Positions 40,247 through 51,074 of a stretch of DNA of 64,000 nucleotides are shown in pieces. The position numbers and the translations under genes are program-made. The stretch is from an uncultured delta proteobacterium (GTDB lineage: Bacteria; Desulfobacterota; Zymogenia; Zymogenales; Zymogenaceae), in NCBI GenBank assembly GCA_963735595.1, contig CAVTLK010000001.1:960001-1024000 (forward strand). The letters are read 5' to 3'. The notes under the pieces are model-generated. The model searched no databases and was not told where the DNA came from. It saw only the letters and a program-made list of their open reading frames with translations. Each line of letters begins with the position of its first letter. Position 1 is the first letter of the stretch.

Positions 40247-41167
40247 TTACCGGTTTTTCACAATCCGCACGACGAGCCGTCTTTGAGCGTATCCCTTCCG
40301 GAAACCGCCACCTTCGCCCCCGATTTTACCCCCGCGATGACCTCAGCCGCGTCTTCGTTGACGATTCCGAGGGTCACGGGAACGCCGGTGGGCCGTGTTG
40401 TTCTCGATCACGAAGCAGTAGGGGGCCTTCCTCCCGCCCTTCTCGTACAGCAGGGCGCCGACGGGGATGCACGTCACGTCGTCCTTCCGCTCCGTGACGA
40501 TCGTGATATCACCGAACATCCCCGAGGTAAACGAGGGATCGGTCTTCTCGAAACTCAGCTCGACCCGGGCGGTACGGGTGTTGGCATCCAGGAAGGGGCT
40601 CACCTCGTGCACCCGGCCGGGGAAGACGACGTCCGGCACGGAGGGAATCGTCAGCCTCGCCTCCATCCCGGGCCTGATGCGTCCGACCTCCACGTCGGAT
40701 ACCTTGACGACCGCCCTGATCGTATCGCCGCCTACGATAAGGACAAGGGGCGTGGTCGTCGTCGCGAGCTCACCCATGTCCAGGTAGTTGCGGGCCACGA
40801 TCCCGGATATGGGCGCCTCTACGACCACCGGCATATACTCGTCCCATTTCTCCTGCCGCTCCAGGGTTACGAGGGTCGCCCCTTTTGTGACCGGCTCCCC
40901 TTCCCGGTAGTAGTACCGAATGACCTTGCCGGGCGCCAGGCTGTAGACCTCCGCCTCGTTTTCCGCGTGAAGATCGGCGGTATAGAAAAGGGTATCCTCG
41001 ATGCTTCCCAGATACACGTCGGCAACGGTTACGGGTGTACCGGTATCCTTCGGCCGGTCATCGCGAGAATTGCCGTATCGCTGTACAGAACGCGCCACTA
41101 CCAACGACAGAAAACATATCACGATTATTCCCGCCGCGATCTTTACCTCTCGTTTACCGATCTTCAT
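40247..41167 (-). CDS. RND periplasmic adaptor (membrane fusion protein), frameshifted near the 3' end
   Basis: APISGIV, DANTRT, GMFG, IPVGAL; C-terminus reconstructed to the TAA at 40247. Confidence 0.8.
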
Positions 41168-41290
41168 AATTACAGTCCGCTCCTTGTGAGGTCGCGATAA
41201 ATAAGCAACGCCCGCCGTGCGTTATGTGAAGCTCCGCGAACCGACGGCCTCTATCGAATCACCCATCGCCCCCTCCCGAAAAAAAGCAGA

Positions 41291-42652
41291 TCACTGCAGC
41301 AGCTGATCGTCGCCGGCGATCATCTGGAGCCGGGAGAGGGACTCCTCATAGCTGTATATCGCGCTGATGTAGTTAAGCTGCGCTTCGGTAACCGCAAGCC
41401 GGGCGTCCAGCAGATCCAGCAGCGTCTCGACGCCGTTCACGTATCGAAGCTCGGACCGCTCCAGGTTTTCCCTGGCAAGCCGGACGTTGCTCTCCTGCAG
41501 GTTGATGATTTCCTTTGCCTCTTCGAGGTCAAAGTAGGCCTTCCTGATGGAGAGCTTGATTTCCTTGGCCGTCGCCGCTGTGGCAATCTTGGCCTTCTCA
41601 TACTCGGCCTTTGCCTGCCTGTTCTTTGCCGCCGTCACCGCGAGGTCCGTAATGGGGATGGATACCGCTATCCCGCCGGTAAACTCCCAGTTGTCACCGG
41701 AAAAGCTGATGTCGGTTACGTCGCGGGATGACGTGTCATACGACGCGAAGGCGCTGATGGTCGGGAAATAGGCGCCGATGGTCGACAGGACGTTCTTGGC
41801 CGCAACCCGTTCCGCGAGCGTCTTTACCCTCATCTCGGGGCTGCCGGTTTCCGCTGCCGCCAGGTATTCTTTCAGCCCCTTGTCACGCGGGATGTACACG
41901 AGATCACCGTCGAGCACGATGGGTGTATCCAGGTCCAGGTCGAGCATGTCTTTGAGATTATCGTACGCAACAGTGAGATCGTTTTTCGCGATGATCAGGG
42001 AGGTGCGGGCATTGGCAAGCTCCACCTCTATACGGTTGACATCGTACTTGGGGGCAAGCCCGTTCATAAAGTTCTTCCTGGTTATTTCGAGGTTCCTTGT
42101 GAGCACGTCGACCTCTTCGGTCCAGACCTCAACCTGCCGCTCGGCCAACAGGATCGAAAAGAACGCGGTGCGCGTGCCGTAGATCGTCGAGCCGACGGCC
42201 GACCGGTACTGCTCCCGGGCGGTCTCCCGCTGGAGATACGCGATATTCAGTCCCCAGACGGTCCGCCCGCCGGTAAACAGGGGAAGGGACGCGCTGAGGC
42301 CAACATTGTACTGCTCATAAGTCGAGCTGCCCGCCGGCGCGCTCAACAGCTTCGAGTTCGGATCGACGAAGCTGTAGGTGCCGTCGGCGCTCACCGACAG
42401 GACACCCGCCCAATTTTCGAAAATATAGGCGTTTGCCCGCTTGATCTCCAGGGCCGCCGTCAGCACATCGGGTGAGCGTTTGAGCGCGATATCGACGCAC
42501 TCGTCGAGGGTGTAGGAGAGCGCCGGGCTCTCCTCCTGGGCCGATACAACGGCGGGTAGGAGAACGACAAGAAACAGGAAAAGGGGAAGGACTGTCTTTC
42601 GAACGGTATCACTCATGGCGCGGTGCCTCATGCGGGTATTCGTTAATATCAT
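41291..42652 (-). CDS. TolC family outer membrane efflux protein
   Basis: Signal peptide; SLPLFTGG, YFPTISA, RYVNGVETLLDLLDA. Confidence 0.88.
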   Translation of the reverse strand: MILTNTRMRHRAMSDTVRKTVLPLFLFLVVLLPAVVSAQEESPALSYTLDECVDIALKRSPDVLTAALEIKRANAYIFENWAGVLSVSADGTYSFVDPNSKLLSAPAGSSTYEQYNVGLSASLPLFTGGRTVWGLNIAYLQRETAREQYRSAVGSTIYGTRTAFFSILLAERQVEVWTEEVDVLTRNLEITRKNFMNGLAPKYDVNRIEVELANARTSLIIAKNDLTVAYDNLKDMLDLDLDTPIVLDGDLVYIPRDKGLKEYLAAAETGSPEMRVKTLAERVAAKNVLSTIGAYFPTISAFASYDTSSRDVTDISFSGDNWEFTGGIAVSIPITDLAVTAAKNRQAKAEYEKAKIATAATAKEIKLSIRKAYFDLEEAKEIINLQESNVRLARENLERSELRYVNGVETLLDLLDARLAVTEAQLNYISAIYSYEESLSRLQMIAGDDQLLQ

Positions 42653-42831
42653 ATCAGAGAATGGGTTCCACTGTTAGATATGTCATAAAAAAGTAAGCCG
42701 GCCGCATCCGTCGTGAATATCTCCTGCGCGATTGACACGCTAAATTATATGAACATGTTTTATGGCGCTTTCCTTCTCTCTATGACAGAGAATAGTAAAA
42801 AAGATGTTTTGGCTGTAACCGGGCCGATATC

Positions 42832-43419
42832 TTATTTTCCTGGTCCGCCCGAAATGCCGAAAAAGAGCGCCCCCAGCATGGCCTCGATCTCGCGCTCTAC
42901 CGTATTATTATCCTTGTTCTCGAATACCGCGCTGAAGCCGATATCCCGGGTTATTCCCCTAACCGCCCTGGCCGTAAGCGTTAGGTCCTCAAAGGAGAGA
43001 TCGCCTTCGCTTTTCCCGGTGACCAGTATCTCCCTGATGATGGCAAGGTCCTTTTCGCCTTTCTTCTCCATCCGCTCCGGGGGAATTACGGGGGAAAAAC
43101 CCGATTCGTTGATACGGATATTAAGGGTCTCAAACATGTCCTTCATACCGGTGATTTCCCGCATCATGAAGACCCTGAGCCTGTTATACGATCCCGACAC
43201 CTCGCCCACGGCCGCCCGCACGTCCGATTCGATTGCGTCCAGTCGCGTATCGAAGAGCGTGAGCAGGACGTCTTCTCTATTCTTGAAGTATTTATAGAAC
43301 GTCGCCCTCGATATATGCGCGTGCCGGAGGATATCATCAACCCTAAAAGACCAAAACCCGTAGCGCACCGCTAACTCGCGGGCGACATCAAGGATCATCT
43401 TTCTCGTATCTTCTTTCAT
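42832..43419 (-). CDS. TetR/AcrR family regulator
   Basis: ILDVARELAVRYGF...ISRATFYKYFKNRED. Confidence 0.88.
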   Translation of the reverse strand: MKEDTRKMILDVARELAVRYGFWSFRVDDILRHAHISRATFYKYFKNREDVLLTLFDTRLDAIESDVRAAVGEVSGSYNRLRVFMMREITGMKDMFETLNIRINESGFSPVIPPERMEKKGEKDLAIIREILVTGKSEGDLSFEDLTLTARAVRGITRDIGFSAVFENKDNNTVEREIEAMLGALFFGISGGPGK

Positions 43420-43429
43420 ATGAGTAATG

Positions 43430-43467
43430 ATAGTATACATAATAGACTATTTGTATACTATGTTCAA
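43430..43467 (-). promoter_or_regulatory. Promoter with overlapping palindromic operator
   Basis: Minus strand TTGAAC-17 nt-TATTAT; ATAGTATACA-T-AATAG-A-CTATT-TGTATACTAT near-perfect palindrome at 43430-43461. Confidence 0.72.
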
Positions 43468-43627
43468 CAATATCCCAAAAGAAATCCCCTGTCAACAAAA
43501 AACTGACAAGGGACTATGAACTGCCGGCCGCCGTCTATGGATCTCCCTGGCCCGCCCCTACGCCCCGTCTCCGGCAGTGGAACCAGGGGCCGCGAAGGGG
43601 CCGTCGCCCCGCGCGGCCCTATGTCGT

Positions 43628-45058
43628 CTAATCCTTGATCCCGGCCAGCTTCTTGACGGCCTTCTTCTTCTCCTCGATGTCGTACGTACCCATTATCGCG
43701 ATGGATTCCATCACCGGCGACCCGCCCCCGTGGACGCCCGCGTACTGGAGCACCCCGCCGATGGCAGATACCGTAATGTCCGATATCAGCCTGAAGCAGC
43801 GGTACTGGTCCTCGGCGGAGACGCCTTCTTTTCTTATCATGTATTTTTTAACCAGCGGGCCGACTTCATCGCTGAGGAATTCCTCGTCGTACGGAATGGT
43901 CGCCGGCAACCCCCCCGCCAGGTCGCAGATAATCTCGTATTCGCGGTAGATATTCATGCCGGCGTGCCGCCTGCCGACGTTGCAGTAAACGACGTTGGGA
44001 ACTTGAGTTCCCGAGGGGTGCGCGGTACTCTCCATCGCCGCCGCGACGCCCGCCGCATAGGTCAGCTCCGCCACGCTCACCAGCTCGGCCAGCTTGTCGC
44101 GCACGTGGGTGGACTTTCCCAGGCCGTTGTACTCGGCAACCAGCGCCGAAGCGCCCATTGCGATATCGGTCACGGCCGGCTTGCAGCCCGTGTAGCTGTG
44201 CCGGTGGTACAGGGCAAACAGGAGCGCCAGCTGCCCGCCGTATTCGGTCTCCCCGGCCAGGAACACCCGTTCGTTGGGGACGAACACGTCGTCAAATATC
44301 GTCAGCGAGTCGGCCGCGCCCAGCCGCGTGATGGGCGCCTCCAGTTCCGGCTTTCGCGGCCGGACCTGCGTCGCCCGGGACACCATCTTGATGCCGGGGG
44401 TATCGGCGGGCACCGCGAAAGCCACCGCCCAGTCGGCCTCTTCCTTGGTTAAGAACCGGGTGGGGATCGCAATGATCTCCTCGGCGTAGGGGGCCATCGT
44501 GTTGTGTGCCTTGGCGCCGCGCACGACGATCCCGTCTTTCGTACGCTTGACGATCCTCAGGTAGAGGTCCGGGTCGGCCTGCTCATGGGGCCTCTTGGTA
44601 CGGTCTCCCTTGACGTCGCTCTGGGCGCAGCAGCCGACCATGTTGTTGTCCTGAAACCTCTTCAGGAATTCGAGAAACCGCGCATTGTAGTCGGTCCCCC
44701 GGTCCTGATCGCACGCATACGTGATGACGGAAAGCGCGTTGACCGCGTCAATCCCCATACAGCGCTGGATACATCCCCCGCACTCCCGGCATAGCAGGCG
44801 TGTCAGTCTCTGTTTCTTGAGGAGGTCATCCGGGCTCCGGTGTATGTTCGTAAACCGGTTGATCGTTTTCCCCGAAAGGTGGGAGGAAGCCAGGATCACG
44901 TCCTGCAGTGTCGGATCACCCTGTGCGTCAAACGTCATCCCGACGATGGTCTTGCCCGGTTCGAGCCTCGAGTCGTCCCGGCCGACCTTTTGGCCCCCGA
45001 TGTAGATATTCGGTTTCAACGCCTTGAGGGCCTCGAAGTAATCTTCCTTGGTTCTCAT
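43628..45058 (-). CDS. abfD: 4-hydroxybutyryl-CoA dehydratase-like protein (AbfD/HpaB family)
   Basis: CIQRCMG, AQSDVKGDR, RGAKAH, HRHSYTGCK, HGGGSP; Cys/His ligands of the Fe-S branch present; start 45058 behind AAGGAG. Confidence 0.8.
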   Translation of the reverse strand: MRTKEDYFEALKALKPNIYIGGQKVGRDDSRLEPGKTIVGMTFDAQGDPTLQDVILASSHLSGKTINRFTNIHRSPDDLLKKQRLTRLLCRECGGCIQRCMGIDAVNALSVITYACDQDRGTDYNARFLEFLKRFQDNNMVGCCAQSDVKGDRTKRPHEQADPDLYLRIVKRTKDGIVVRGAKAHNTMAPYAEEIIAIPTRFLTKEEADWAVAFAVPADTPGIKMVSRATQVRPRKPELEAPITRLGAADSLTIFDDVFVPNERVFLAGETEYGGQLALLFALYHRHSYTGCKPAVTDIAMGASALVAEYNGLGKSTHVRDKLAELVSVAELTYAAGVAAAMESTAHPSGTQVPNVVYCNVGRRHAGMNIYREYEIICDLAGGLPATIPYDEEFLSDEVGPLVKKYMIRKEGVSAEDQYRCFRLISDITVSAIGGVLQYAGVHGGGSPVMESIAIMGTYDIEEKKKAVKKLAGIKD

Positions 45059-45177
45059 CGTTGACTCCTTAGTAGGATTACGATATAGGACATGAAGATG
45101 CCGCGCCAGTGCCATAGGCCGGATCGTGAAAGGAACCGCGGCGCCCGTTAGATACTGCCTGCTTTTAGAGGACATAA

Positions 45178-45248
45178 TTTGTACGACTGTACAAACAAGT
45201 ACCACGGACGGGCGGCGATGTCAAGATAATTTTGTACGATCGTACAAA
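45178..45248. promoter_or_regulatory. Two palindromic operators flanking a TTGACA box in the abfD/TetR divergon
   Basis: TTTGTACGACTGTACAAA (45178-45195) and perfect TTTGTACGATCGTACAAA (45231-45248). Confidence 0.78.
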
Positions 45249-45343
45249 TTTCCTTGCAAACCCACCCCTGTGTATGATAGATAGTATTAACAATGACCGG
45301 GCCGGGCTCATGCGGTTTATGAGCAGACGATAGGGGCGCCTCC

Positions 45344-45976
45344 ATGGGCAACAACGACGCAAACAGCGACACCAGCAAGACGCGGGAGGCGATCCTCGAC
45401 GCGGCCTGCATTGTCTTTGCCCGCCACCCGTACAACGCCGCCAGCATCCGTATGATCGCCCGCCAGGCCCGTCTCGGCCACGCCCTCATCGGTTACTATT
45501 TCCCCGCCAAGGCCGACCTCTTCCGGGCCGTGGCCTCCCGTATCTGCGGCGACCTGTGCGCCGGAAACGAGCGGTGGATGGTCGAAGTGCGGCGTATGGG
45601 CCTGCATGAGGGCTTCGAGCGATACGTCCAGCGGTTCGTTAGTTTCAGCCGTGAGAAGCCCTGGGTGTTGAGGATCATCATGCTCAACATCACCGGCGAG
45701 CGCGTCGGGGCGGTCCCCGGGCAGGACATCCTCATCGAGGCGATCGAGGGAATACGGCGGATGTTCGTGACTACCATGAAGCTGACGGCCTCAGTGGAGG
45801 AGGTCGGCCGCTTTTCGGACAGCTTCAACGCCCTCGTGCTCTACTATCTGGGAGCCCCGGAGAGCGCCGCGTGGCTCATCCGCATGGACCCGGACGGCCC
45901 CGATTATTTCCCCTGGGTCGAGGAAACGCTCGTGTCGGTCTTCCTCCCGATGATCGGCCGCCTGTTCGAGCGGTAA
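45344..45976 (+). CDS. TetR/AcrR family regulator
   Basis: TREAILDAACIVF...SIRMIA...LIGYYFPAKADLF. Confidence 0.88.
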   Translation: MGNNDANSDTSKTREAILDAACIVFARHPYNAASIRMIARQARLGHALIGYYFPAKADLFRAVASRICGDLCAGNERWMVEVRRMGLHEGFERYVQRFVSFSREKPWVLRIIMLNITGERVGAVPGQDILIEAIEGIRRMFVTTMKLTASVEEVGRFSDSFNALVLYYLGAPESAAWLIRMDPDGPDYFPWVEETLVSVFLPMIGRLFER

Positions 45977-46003
45977 CGACTACCTCCGATGAACCTTTTC
46001 GGT

Positions 46004-47344
46004 TTATTTACGCCCCGTCATCTCGTCGGCCTTCTCTTTCATCAACGCGTTGAGTCTTTGTTCGTCGGCCGCAAACGTGAAGAACATCATGATCTCAAGG
46101 ATGCCGCAGGCGATCCAGAAGAGGTTGGCGATATTGAAGGCCCACACCCTGCCGAACGCGATGATGAAGAGGCTTATGAGCGCAGGGCCGAACCCGTTGC
46201 CGAAGGAGTCGAACAGGTTGGACATCGAGAGGATCGACCCCCTGGTCTCCGGGGAGTTTACGTTGAGCGTGATGGCCTTGATATTGGGCGCCGGGAATAT
46301 AATTATAAAGCCCGTAATAGCCGCCAGCGCCAGCGGCACGATTACGGAGGGATTTTCCACGCCGACTTGCGACGGATAGTTGAGGAGAAACGCCATGGGG
46401 ATGACCCCGATGATACACGCCGTACCTATAAATAGCGGGAGGTATCGAGGGTTCCGGTTATAGATCTTGTTGCCGATCAGCCCGCCCACGAACGAACCCG
46501 CCAGCGTAGCTGCCGCGCCCGTCATGACGATGAGTGTCGCCATTTCCACCGAGAAACCCTTATCTTGCGCATAGAAGTCGTTGAGGTATATGAAGAAGAC
46601 GCCCCACGGGATACAACCGGGGATACCCTGCAAGAGGACCAGCACGTTGGTCTTGATACGGAAGATACTGCGGTAAAGGGAAAAATTGATCTTTCCCGTA
46701 TACACGGCTCCCTTCTCGATCAATTCTTTGAGGCTCTCCTCGGCGATGCCGCGGGGCGGCTCCTTGACGGTGAACCAGAACAGGAGGATAAACAGAAAGC
46801 TCGGGGCGGCCACGACGATAAACGGCAGCCGCCAGCCGTATTCCGGACCGATGAATCCGGCGACGAGCTGCCCCACGGCCACGCCCAACCCCTGGACGAG
46901 CGTGATCCAGGCGGCCGCGGCGGCCCGGTTCTTGTGCGAAAAAAAGTCGCCGATCATGGAAAAGGTAATCGGGATCATCCCGCCGACGCCGATGCCGGTC
47001 AGTGCCCTGAGCCAGAATAGCTGCGCATAGTTCTCCGCAAAACCCGAAAGGAGGCAGGGCAGCTCACCGATGATCGCCGTCGCCACGAAGAGTTGTTTGC
47101 GGGAGACCATATCGGTGAAGTAGCCGATGCAAAGCGTTATCAGGGCGCCGATTACCCAGAAGGCCAGGGATATCCGCCCCCCGAGCAGTACGTCCCGCTG
47201 GATGTCGGAAAAGCCGAAATCACGGGCTATCTGGGTGAGGTTGGGGGCCATGAGGTTCTGATCCGCAAAGATAAAGAGGTTTATCGCCGCGATGAGGATT
47301 ACTGCGTAGAGTTCTTTCCTTCCGAACGCGCGCGTATCGGCCAT
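46004..47344 (-). CDS. MFS transporter (spinster-like N-terminal pattern)
   Basis: About 12 TM segments; INLFIFADQNL, GYFTDMVSRK, RALTGIGVGG, GWRLPF; start 47344 behind AGGAG. Confidence 0.85.
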   Translation of the reverse strand: MADTRAFGRKELYAVILIAAINLFIFADQNLMAPNLTQIARDFGFSDIQRDVLLGGRISLAFWVIGALITLCIGYFTDMVSRKQLFVATAIIGELPCLLSGFAENYAQLFWLRALTGIGVGGMIPITFSMIGDFFSHKNRAAAAAWITLVQGLGVAVGQLVAGFIGPEYGWRLPFIVVAAPSFLFILLFWFTVKEPPRGIAEESLKELIEKGAVYTGKINFSLYRSIFRIKTNVLVLLQGIPGCIPWGVFFIYLNDFYAQDKGFSVEMATLIVMTGAAATLAGSFVGGLIGNKIYNRNPRYLPLFIGTACIIGVIPMAFLLNYPSQVGVENPSVIVPLALAAITGFIIIFPAPNIKAITLNVNSPETRGSILSMSNLFDSFGNGFGPALISLFIIAFGRVWAFNIANLFWIACGILEIMMFFTFAADEQRLNALMKEKADEMTGRK

Positions 47345-47379
47345 TGCCTTCTCCTGTAAAATGCAATGCAAATCAATAT

Positions 47380-47542
47380 AATCAGTCGCCGGGGAGGAGA
47401 CAGAACCACCCCGGCTACCGTTCCAGGTAAAAACTCGCTATCTCGTGGCCGGCCAGATCGTACGTGAAGCTTTTTCCCGAGATGGAAAGCTCCGTGAGTT
47501 CCCCACTGGGGGTTACAGCCGGGAGAACTACACGGCCTGACC
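47380..47542 (-). ncRNA. Candidate structured RNA / leader of the MFS gene
   Basis: Nested stems with G-U pairs favouring the minus strand, just downstream of TTGACA-18 nt-TATAAC (47574-47545); no known family recognised. Confidence 0.35.
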
Positions 47543-48027
47543 ATGTTATACTCCCTCCGCCATTTCTCTGTCAAGACCTTCGCTTTCGATCCCGTGTCAA
47601 AGCTCTCGCCGTCGAGCGGTTCTTCCCTGAATTCCCCGTTGAAAGACCGTCGATACCGTCAATATAATCTAAACTGCTGGGTCTAAGGGAGGTATTCTAC
47701 GGACGTACCACGTACATACATCGGTATACTCGTTTCGGATATCCTCGGCGGTATACGCACGGCCGTGCGCGGTGCTTCTTATGGTTCAATCCTTAAGAGT
47801 CGTTTCGGTTCGGCCGGGTCGTTGATTTTTATCACGGAAGTGAACGCAGGGGATTGTTGAATGGAGACGCAATATCAATTATGTATAGGATTCACATCAT
47901 CGGCGCGGCCGGCGCCAGCAGGACTTGTGACCCGTAGCGGCCTCGCAGAATTACTCCCGACTCCCTGATTGGCGTTTCGTTCTGATCAGAAAAGAATTGG
48001 CCATCCCATCACGGTTCTCGGCATGCC

Positions 48028-50598
48028 CTATTTACCCAGGACCTCATCGATTTTTTTCTGAAGGAGCGAAAGCTGGGTCGGCTTTTGGATAAACGCATCC
48101 TTTTCGAGCAACGCGATCTCACCGGCCTGCCCTTCCTCACTGTAACCCGAGGTAATGAGGACTTTCACCGAGGGCTTAATCTCCCTGATTCTGTCAAGCG
48201 TCGCCTTTCCGCCCAACTTCGGCATAACCATATCCAGGATAACGACGCCTATCTTTTCCTTATGCCTCTTGAGCAGCTCAATTCCCACAAGCCCGTTCTC
48301 GGCCGTAAGCACGGGGTGTCCCCTGCCCGTCAGGAAATCACTCCACACCTCCCTAACCGCCGGTTCGTCGTCGATCAGGAGGATCGTCGGGTGGAGAGAA
48401 TCGTCGTGATTTTCTTTCATGCGAGTCAATTCCTCCGTTGCTCCTTTCACTCCAGGGAAATAGAGCGTAAAGGCAGCCCCTTTACCTGCCTCACTGTGGA
48501 CCGTGATGAAGCCCTTATGGCCTTTCACTATCCCATAGACCGTCGCCAGTCCTATTCCCGAGCTGCCCGAATCCCGTTTCGTGGTGAAGAAGGGCTCAAA
48601 AATGTGATCGAGTATCTCGGGAGCGATACCCACACCGTTATCGGTAACCGAAAGCACAACGTGCGGCCCGGGGGCGTAGCCGAAGTGGGATTCAACGAAG
48701 CTGCGATCCAGGATCTGGTTTCGTGTCTCAAAGGTAAGCCGACCGCCCCGGGGCATCGCGTCTCTGGCGTTAATACTAAGGTTGAGGAGACATTGCTCTA
48801 GTTGGTTCGTATCTCCCTCGACCGACATAAGGTCGTGTTCGAGGTGTGTCTTGATTTCGATAAGTTTATCAAAGGTGCCGCTGATGAGCGGCACGATCTT
48901 CTCGATGAGTCGGTTGACGTTTACCCTGGTTATATTATAATGTGCGCCGCGCGAGATGTTTAGGATTTGTTTTGTCAGGGCTGAGGCCCTGAGCGTTCCC
49001 TCGTGTATGACGGTCAGGGCCTTGTGGTCGGGGTCTTCCGGGGTTTTCCCCATCAGGAGCAATTCCGAGTAGCCCATGATTCCCACCATGATGTTATTGA
49101 AGTTATGCGCGATACCGCCGGCCATCGTGCCGATGGCTTCCATTTTCTGTGACTGGATGAGCTGTTGCTCCAGTTTAGTTCGGTCGGTTACGTCTCTCAG
49201 GGTTCCCTGGAAACCCACGATTTCGTTCTCGTTTCTGATGAGGTTCATATAACCTTCGACTATTCGTTCTTCGCCGTTTTTCCTTTTTATCTCAAACCTG
49301 GTTCCGTTTATCGGCACACCGGTCCGATAAAGCTTGTTAAAGAGATTGTACGTTCGTTTCGCGAGCTTTTTACCCATGAACTCCCGGTAGTTTCTTCCGA
49401 TAAGCTCGTCTTTGGTATATCCCGTAACGTCCTCTGCGGCTCTGTTTACCGACGTGAAGTTGCCTTTCGCGTCGCAAGTGAAAATCGTATCGAGGGAATT
49501 TTCGAAAAGGCTCCGATACTGCCGCTCGGATTCGCGGAGGGCATATTCCGTCCGCTTTTGTTCGTCAAGCAGCTGTTTGTTCTCTAGAAACGCCGTAATC
49601 TGGCGAATAAGCACCAGGAGCATAACGACACCCAGCCAAACGACAAGGGTGGGAAAATTGATATCGAGGTCGCTCCGATAGCTCGTTATCATGAGGACAT
49701 AGGCCCCGACCAGCCAGAAATACGGCACATACATCGCCCAGGGTGCGATAGCCTTTGGTTTTTCTACCAGGTCCGTATCGGCCGACACCTCCGCCGCCGA
49801 ACGATCGACGGTAATCGCCTGGAATACGCCGGCAAGCCCCGCGAGGAACACGGTGGCAATCCACCCCATGTCAATATATAACTTGGTGACATAGGTACCC
49901 GAAGTGAACTGGTAGCCAAAGACCACATCGGCGCTGATCTTGAGCAGCATGGTGGTGGCGAGCAGTAATATGGGACTTCGTGCCTGGGACTTCAAGCGGC
50001 GCGAAAGCAGAAGAAAGAGCACCATAAGCAACAGGAAATCGAACGCCGGATACGTGAAGGCGACGATAAGAGTCGTGAGGTCCGCCTTTCCCATTGTGAG
50101 AAGGGGGCTAATGTAGAAATACCAGTAAACCAGCAGGGCCGACAGGGCTATGATTCCTAAATCGAGCGAAAACTTGAGCCACTCGCTGCCCTTCAACCGT
50201 TTCATGGGGAGTTTCAGTACCCCCACGATGAAGAGGGTAAAAGAGAGGATATAGAACAGGTCGGTCAGCGATGGAAAAGGCGTTTCCTTGATCACTATCT
50301 GCTGGATAAACCAGTTAATATCTCCCAGCGTCCAGGCAAGCTGCCCGACTGCCAGCAGGACCCACGCGACAAAAAGCTGGCGGGAGTGGGCTGCCGAACG
50401 CAAAGCCCCCCAGGAAAGGGCGGCTACCGCCAAAAGTCCCTCAATGGGGATGGCGAGATCATTAAAAACTGTCCGATTCCACTCGTCGCCGATCAGAAAC
50501 GTTATCATCGAAAGATGAATAAGATAGCCGACAAGAAAGACGAGGGACGCGTTCCTTGGAGTGATGACAGAAGGGATGGGCTTCATCGTACTAATCAT
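48028..50598 (-). CDS. Hybrid sensor histidine kinase (multi-TM, PAS, HisKA, HATPase, receiver)
   Basis: AGGIAHNFNN, NARDAM, DNGVG, FEPFFTTK, GIGL, LLIDDE, LDMVMP; start uncertain (50586-50634). Confidence 0.9.
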   Translation of the reverse strand: MISTMKPIPSVITPRNASLVFLVGYLIHLSMITFLIGDEWNRTVFNDLAIPIEGLLAVAALSWGALRSAAHSRQLFVAWVLLAVGQLAWTLGDINWFIQQIVIKETPFPSLTDLFYILSFTLFIVGVLKLPMKRLKGSEWLKFSLDLGIIALSALLVYWYFYISPLLTMGKADLTTLIVAFTYPAFDFLLLMVLFLLLSRRLKSQARSPILLLATTMLLKISADVVFGYQFTSGTYVTKLYIDMGWIATVFLAGLAGVFQAITVDRSAAEVSADTDLVEKPKAIAPWAMYVPYFWLVGAYVLMITSYRSDLDINFPTLVVWLGVVMLLVLIRQITAFLENKQLLDEQKRTEYALRESERQYRSLFENSLDTIFTCDAKGNFTSVNRAAEDVTGYTKDELIGRNYREFMGKKLAKRTYNLFNKLYRTGVPINGTRFEIKRKNGEERIVEGYMNLIRNENEIVGFQGTLRDVTDRTKLEQQLIQSQKMEAIGTMAGGIAHNFNNIMVGIMGYSELLLMGKTPEDPDHKALTVIHEGTLRASALTKQILNISRGAHYNITRVNVNRLIEKIVPLISGTFDKLIEIKTHLEHDLMSVEGDTNQLEQCLLNLSINARDAMPRGGRLTFETRNQILDRSFVESHFGYAPGPHVVLSVTDNGVGIAPEILDHIFEPFFTTKRDSGSSGIGLATVYGIVKGHKGFITVHSEAGKGAAFTLYFPGVKGATEELTRMKENHDDSLHPTILLIDDEPAVREVWSDFLTGRGHPVLTAENGLVGIELLKRHKEKIGVVILDMVMPKLGGKATLDRIREIKPSVKVLITSGYSEEGQAGEIALLEKDAFIQKPTQLSLLQKKIDEVLGK

Positions 50599-51074
50599 TT
50601 GAGACCCGTGAAGGAAAGGAAAGGCGGCGCCCACGATTTCACGGTGGCCCCTTTATGCTCGCTCCCGATCAAACGAACAGACCTGCGCGAAGCCGGGCTC
50701 AATCGTCGATGCAAGTGGATCGGGACTGACGTCTACTATTCTACTTAAAGGTGACCTATTTGCAAGCGGGTATTCGGTCGATTGTGCAACAGTTTGGTAC
50801 TATTATGACAATTAGCGGATATAATTATATGTCCATTCGCGCGCCGTAACGTCAAACACCCGGCTGTGTGCCCAGGCGGGATTTAAAAGGACTTCTTCGG
50901 ATTTCCGGAAAAAAAAAGGCCGCACATCTCGCCGGCAGTCGGCGGTTCATTCAGGGCATTGTAAATCCGCAGCCCCTAAACTCACCATAATAAAAAGATA
51001 CTGGAAGACACAGGGGAGAGACTATCGAGAAGACCGCCATGTATCAGGTAAGATAGCCTGCCAAATCCACCCGG

